Below are positions 22,165-25,130 of a stretch of 25,130 nt of DNA, one piece after another (position 1 is the first letter of the stretch; every line of letters starts with the position of its first letter). The notes below the pieces were generated by a model. It ran no database searches and was not told the DNA's origin. It saw nothing but the letters and a program-made list of their open reading frames with translations. The translations under genes were made by a program, and so were the position numbers. The stretch covers positions 1 through 25,130 of the forward strand of contig JAWALG010000013.1 in assembly GCA_038886995.1 (NCBI GenBank), written 5' to 3'. The stretch is from Candidatus Iainarchaeum sp. (lineage in GTDB: Archaea > Iainarchaeota > Iainarchaeia > Iainarchaeales > DTGL01).

Positions 22165-25130
22165 TTAAATCAATTCTTCTGTGTAGCAAGGCGTTCCCGG
22201 GATTGTGGCTGTGCTCCTGAAGAATACCCAGTAGCCGGTTCCTACATTTACATTTTCAGTTACCAATATGTAAGAACCAAGGACATTGCTGTATGTAAAG
22301 ATCCTATCTGAAACATAGTTGTAGAGCTCTGGTTTCAGGAAGTCGTCTATTGGAATTTCGCCAGATTCACCACCGCCTTTAGGTGGCCCAATCATATTCC
22401 ACTTGTTTCCAACAACAGTTACTGTTGGGGGCACTTGCTGTATGCTGCAGTCATAATCATAGGTAAGCTCTCTAGTGCTTGGGGTTGCTTTGTATACAAG
22501 ATATCCTTTAAGTGGCTCTATTTTTTCTGGCTGAGTCCAGGAACCATTGAAGTAATAATAAACTGCGTCTCCTTCCTCAAGGCCGAGCACTTCTTCAGTG
22601 CTGTCATTGGCCAGTGGCAAAGGCACTGAAATAAAGTTCCAGCCCTGTTCTAAGACAATTTCACCCTGTCCTTGTGGAATCCAAGCTTCGCCAGTGATTG
22701 TTGTTGTTGTGTCTGGGTTTGGATTTCCTGCCTTGTCTTCAACAGTTTCAGCGCCAACAAAGATGTAAAGCTCCCTGTGGCCTTCAAGATACCAGCTTTG
22801 TATTAGGTCTCTGTGCACTGTGCTAAGGATGCACACAACAAAGTTGTTTTTTTCTTCATCAATAGAGCATATGTCGCCTTCATCAATTGCAAAGCCCTCT
22901 ATCTCAGGGTCATAAGATACATAGATAATTGGCTCATCAGCTAACGCTGTTAGCTCATCGTCGAAGAGCAAAGCCAATACCTTATCTGCATGGCTGTACA
23001 TGCTTCCTTCTTCCTCAAGAACAGGTGCGCCTGCATCATACTGATATGGCCCTGTGCTTGTTGGCTGTTCGGGCACATTTCCTGCATTGTCCTTAGCATA
23101 TGCGCAAATCATCCATTCGCCGTCTTGGTGAATTGTTAATCTTCCAGAAATTGCCTTAACCTCTGTATAATCATCGCTACCAACAGCAGGGCATTCATCT
23201 TCTTTCTCCACCATCACATAGTAGAACGCATAAACTCCGCTGCCATTTTCTTCATCACTTGCTATAATATCAACTCCAATTGGCTCTCCAGTCCATGTGC
23301 TTTCTATTGGGTTGATATCCACAGTCGGTGCTGTCTCATCCCAGGTAAAGCTGGCTTCAGCTGGGTCGCTTTCATTTCCAACAATATCTACTCCCACAAC
23401 ACTGACATCAATCCGTTTTCCGCCTAGGCCCCCAAAAAAGTTAGCAATTACATCTAACGACCATTCTTCGTTTTCTTCGTCATAGTCAGGGTGTAGTGGT
23501 GCGGGTTCACCTTCTGCCCAAGTATCTCCTTTCCAGCAGTATTTAGTTTCATTTTCAGCGTAGCATAGAGTCAAAACCAAAAGCCCAACACCACTGCCAT
23601 TGTCTCCATCGCTTGCTGTTCCTGTTATCTGGCCAGGCCAGCTATTAGGCCCATAGTAATCTTCCAAATCGTCAATTGTTACTACTGGCCCTGTCTCATC
23701 CCAAACAAAGCTGGCTCCGTTGCCTTCTTCTTCATTGCCAACGCTATCAGATGCTTTTACCCTTACAACTATCTGATGACCATCAAGCCCTGTAAATGCT
23801 TCTTCGCTTATATTATAGCTCCATGTTCCATTGTTGTAAGTTGCCTCAATCCAGATCACATCTTCTGTGGGGGTCTCCCAGTTGTAGCCGTCCCAGCACC
23901 AAACATCTTCTTCTTCATCTTCATAGCATATTGCAACCCTAACCTCTCCAACTTCGCTCAGTTCGTCAGTAACGCTTCCGGTTATGGTTCCAGGCCAATT
24001 TTCGGGGCCATAATACTCATTAAGATTGTGAACTGATGATTCAGGCCCTTCTCCGTCCCAAATAAATGAATCACTGGTTGGCTCTGAGAGGAAGTTTGAG
24101 GCATTGTCAACTGCATTTGCAATGACATTTATCTGGATTCCGTTCAAATTTTCAAATGCGTCATGATTAATATCGTAAATCCAAGTATCACTTTCTGCGT
24201 TGTATGTTGGGTAGACAGTTATTTCCGATTCAACCCAATCAAACCCGTTCCAGCAATAAGTGGACCCATTCGTATAGCAAATTTGCAGTGTTACAAAGTT
24301 GATATCGCTAAGCTCATCGCTTGCTGTTCCTGTTATCCAGTCAGGCCAAATTCCTGGGCCGTATATTGCATCAAATTCATCGATTGTTACCTCTGGCGCT
24401 GTCTCATCCCAAATAAAGCTTTTAATTGCTTCTTCACTCTCATTTTTAGCATTGTCAATCGCTACGGCAATCGCATTAATCTGCTTTCCATCAAGCACCT
24501 TATTGTAAAATATTCCAGCATCCACATTCATGCTCCATGTTCCGTCATTTTCGTTGTATTCTGGCCGGAATACTGCTGGCGAACATTCATCGCCCCATCC
24601 AAGGGTCTCACCACACCAGCAGTATTTGGTTGTGTTTTCAGTGTAGCAGAAAGTTAGTGCTATCATGTAAATTCCGCTAATATAATCACTTGCTGTTCCT
24701 GTTACCGAGTCAATTTCAGGCCAACTCCAAAAGCCATAGTACTGCTTAGCAAATGGATTCACGCTCAAGTTAGGCGCCACACTATCCCAAGTAAAGCTGT
24801 CCCCAGTTCCTTCCGCTTGATTTGCTGCTTCATCACTTGCCATAACGCTTACTTCAAATTCAGTGCCATCAAGTCTTTCAAATGCTTCTTCGCTTATATT
24901 ATAGCTCCATGTTCCATTGTTGTAAGTTGCCTCAACCCAGATCACACCTCCTGCTGCAGGCGCAGCCCAGCTGTCGCCGTCCCAGCACCGAACAATTCCT
25001 CCTTGAGTGTAGCATATTGCAACCCAAACTTTATCAACACCGCTAAGCTCATCGCTTGCTGTTCCTGTTATCTGTCCAGGCCAGCTGTCTGGGCCATAAT
25101 AGTTTGCAAGGTCATCTATTAATACCTCTG
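22165..25130 (-). CDS. Large acidic cell-surface protein with tandem ~120-aa Ig-like repeats, 5'-truncated by the window edge
   Basis: The frame stays open upstream of the track start (GTG 24945) to the window end: EVLIDDLANYYGPDSWPGQITGTASDELSGVDKVWVAICYTQGGIVRCWDGDSWAAPAAGG-VIW, giving at least 987 codons. WDxxxP...ITGTASD...SG...CY...CW...DxxGN repeats, many N-x-S/T sequons, C-terminal GWNFISVP...GYLV / WNMIGP...GYWV domain, no C-terminal TM. Confidence 0.9.
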   Translation of the reverse strand, partial: EVLIDDLANYYGPDSWPGQITGTASDELSGVDKVWVAICYTQGGIVRCWDGDSWAAPAAGGVIWVEATYNNGTWSYNISEEAFERLDGTEFEVSVMASDEAANQAEGTGDSFTWDSVAPNLSVNPFAKQYYGFWSWPEIDSVTGTASDYISGIYMIALTFCYTENTTKYCWCGETLGWGDECSPAVFRPEYNENDGTWSMNVDAGIFYNKVLDGKQINAIAVAIDNAKNESEEAIKSFIWDETAPEVTIDEFDAIYGPGIWPDWITGTASDELSDINFVTLQICYTNGSTYCWNGFDWVESEITVYPTYNAESDTWIYDINHDAFENLNGIQINVIANAVDNASNFLSEPTSDSFIWDGEGPESSVHNLNEYYGPENWPGTITGSVTDELSEVGEVRVAICYEDEEEDVWCWDGYNWETPTEDVIWIEATYNNGTWSYNISEEAFTGLDGHQIVVRVKASDSVGNEEEGNGASFVWDETGPVVTIDDLEDYYGPNSWPGQITGTASDGDNGSGVGLLVLTLCYAENETKYCWKGDTWAEGEPAPLHPDYDEENEEWSLDVIANFFGGLGGKRIDVSVVGVDIVGNESDPAEASFTWDETAPTVDINPIESTWTGEPIGVDIIASDEENGSGVYAFYYVMVEKEDECPAVGSDDYTEVKAISGRLTIHQDGEWMICAYAKDNAGNVPEQPTSTGPYQYDAGAPVLEEEGSMYSHADKVLALLFDDELTALADEPIIYVSYDPEIEGFAIDEGDICSIDEEKNNFVVCILSTVHRDLIQSWYLEGHRELYIFVGAETVEDKAGNPNPDTTTTITGEAWIPQGQGEIVLEQGWNFISVPLPLANDSTEEVLGLEEGDAVYYYFNGSWTQPEKIEPLKGYLVYKATPSTRELTYDYDCSIQQVPPTVTVVGNKWNMIGPPKGGGESGEIPIDDFLKPELYNYVSDRIFTYSNVLGSYILVTENVNVGTGYWVFFRSTATIPGTPCYTEELI
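23344..25130 (-). repeat. Five tandem protein repeats (117-126 aa; first one incomplete)
   Basis: Trp codons of the recurring W-D boundary start at 24789, 24411, 24060, 23703 and 23343 (spacings 378, 351, 357, 360 nt). Each unit has a CY-x(6-8)-CW pair. Confidence 0.9.

Noticed and set aside
23794-24946. 67-nt near-identical pair as a possible DGR template/variable repeat or CRISPR repeat
   Set aside because: Both copies are in-frame parts of protein repeats, there is only one mismatch, no reverse transcriptase or cas gene is in the window, and there is no repeat-spacer periodicity.
24943-24951. GTG start at 24945 with an adjacent GGAGGT
   Set aside because: The frame continues upstream without a stop and encodes the first half of the same repeat unit. 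GGAGGT is Gly-Gly coding with no spacing to the GTG.

Overview
Archaeal genomic window. Class III prepilin signals, BRE/TATA promoters, GGTG-type RBSs and a PAC2 chaperone support this; a DPANN lineage such as Diapherotrites/Iainarchaeota is my inference from gene content only. The window is almost entirely cell-surface machinery. (1) Type IV pilus locus A: a 762-aa VirB11/TadA-type ATPase and a large two-domain T2SS-F membrane platform (cut by the left edge, absent from the ORF track), divergent from five pilin-like genes, the first being a 55-aa mini-pilin also missing from the track. (2) Two hypothetical genes and a PAC2-family proteasome chaperone with a C-terminal HbYX motif. (3) A 1530-aa and a 512-aa membrane-anchored protein of unknown function. 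(4) Tad-like locus B: an ATPase plus two T2SS-F genes, where the ATPase carries an N-terminal 16-cysteine domain resembling four-[4Fe-4S] DmsB/HycB/CooF ferredoxins. This is the most striking feature and suggests a redox-coupled pilus or secretion motor. (5) Two paralogous surface proteins with Pro/Thr and Gly linkers. (6) The 3' part (at least 987 codons) of a very acidic surface protein built from ~120-aa repeats that share near-identical DNA patches. No rRNA, tRNA, CRISPR array or mobile element was recognised.
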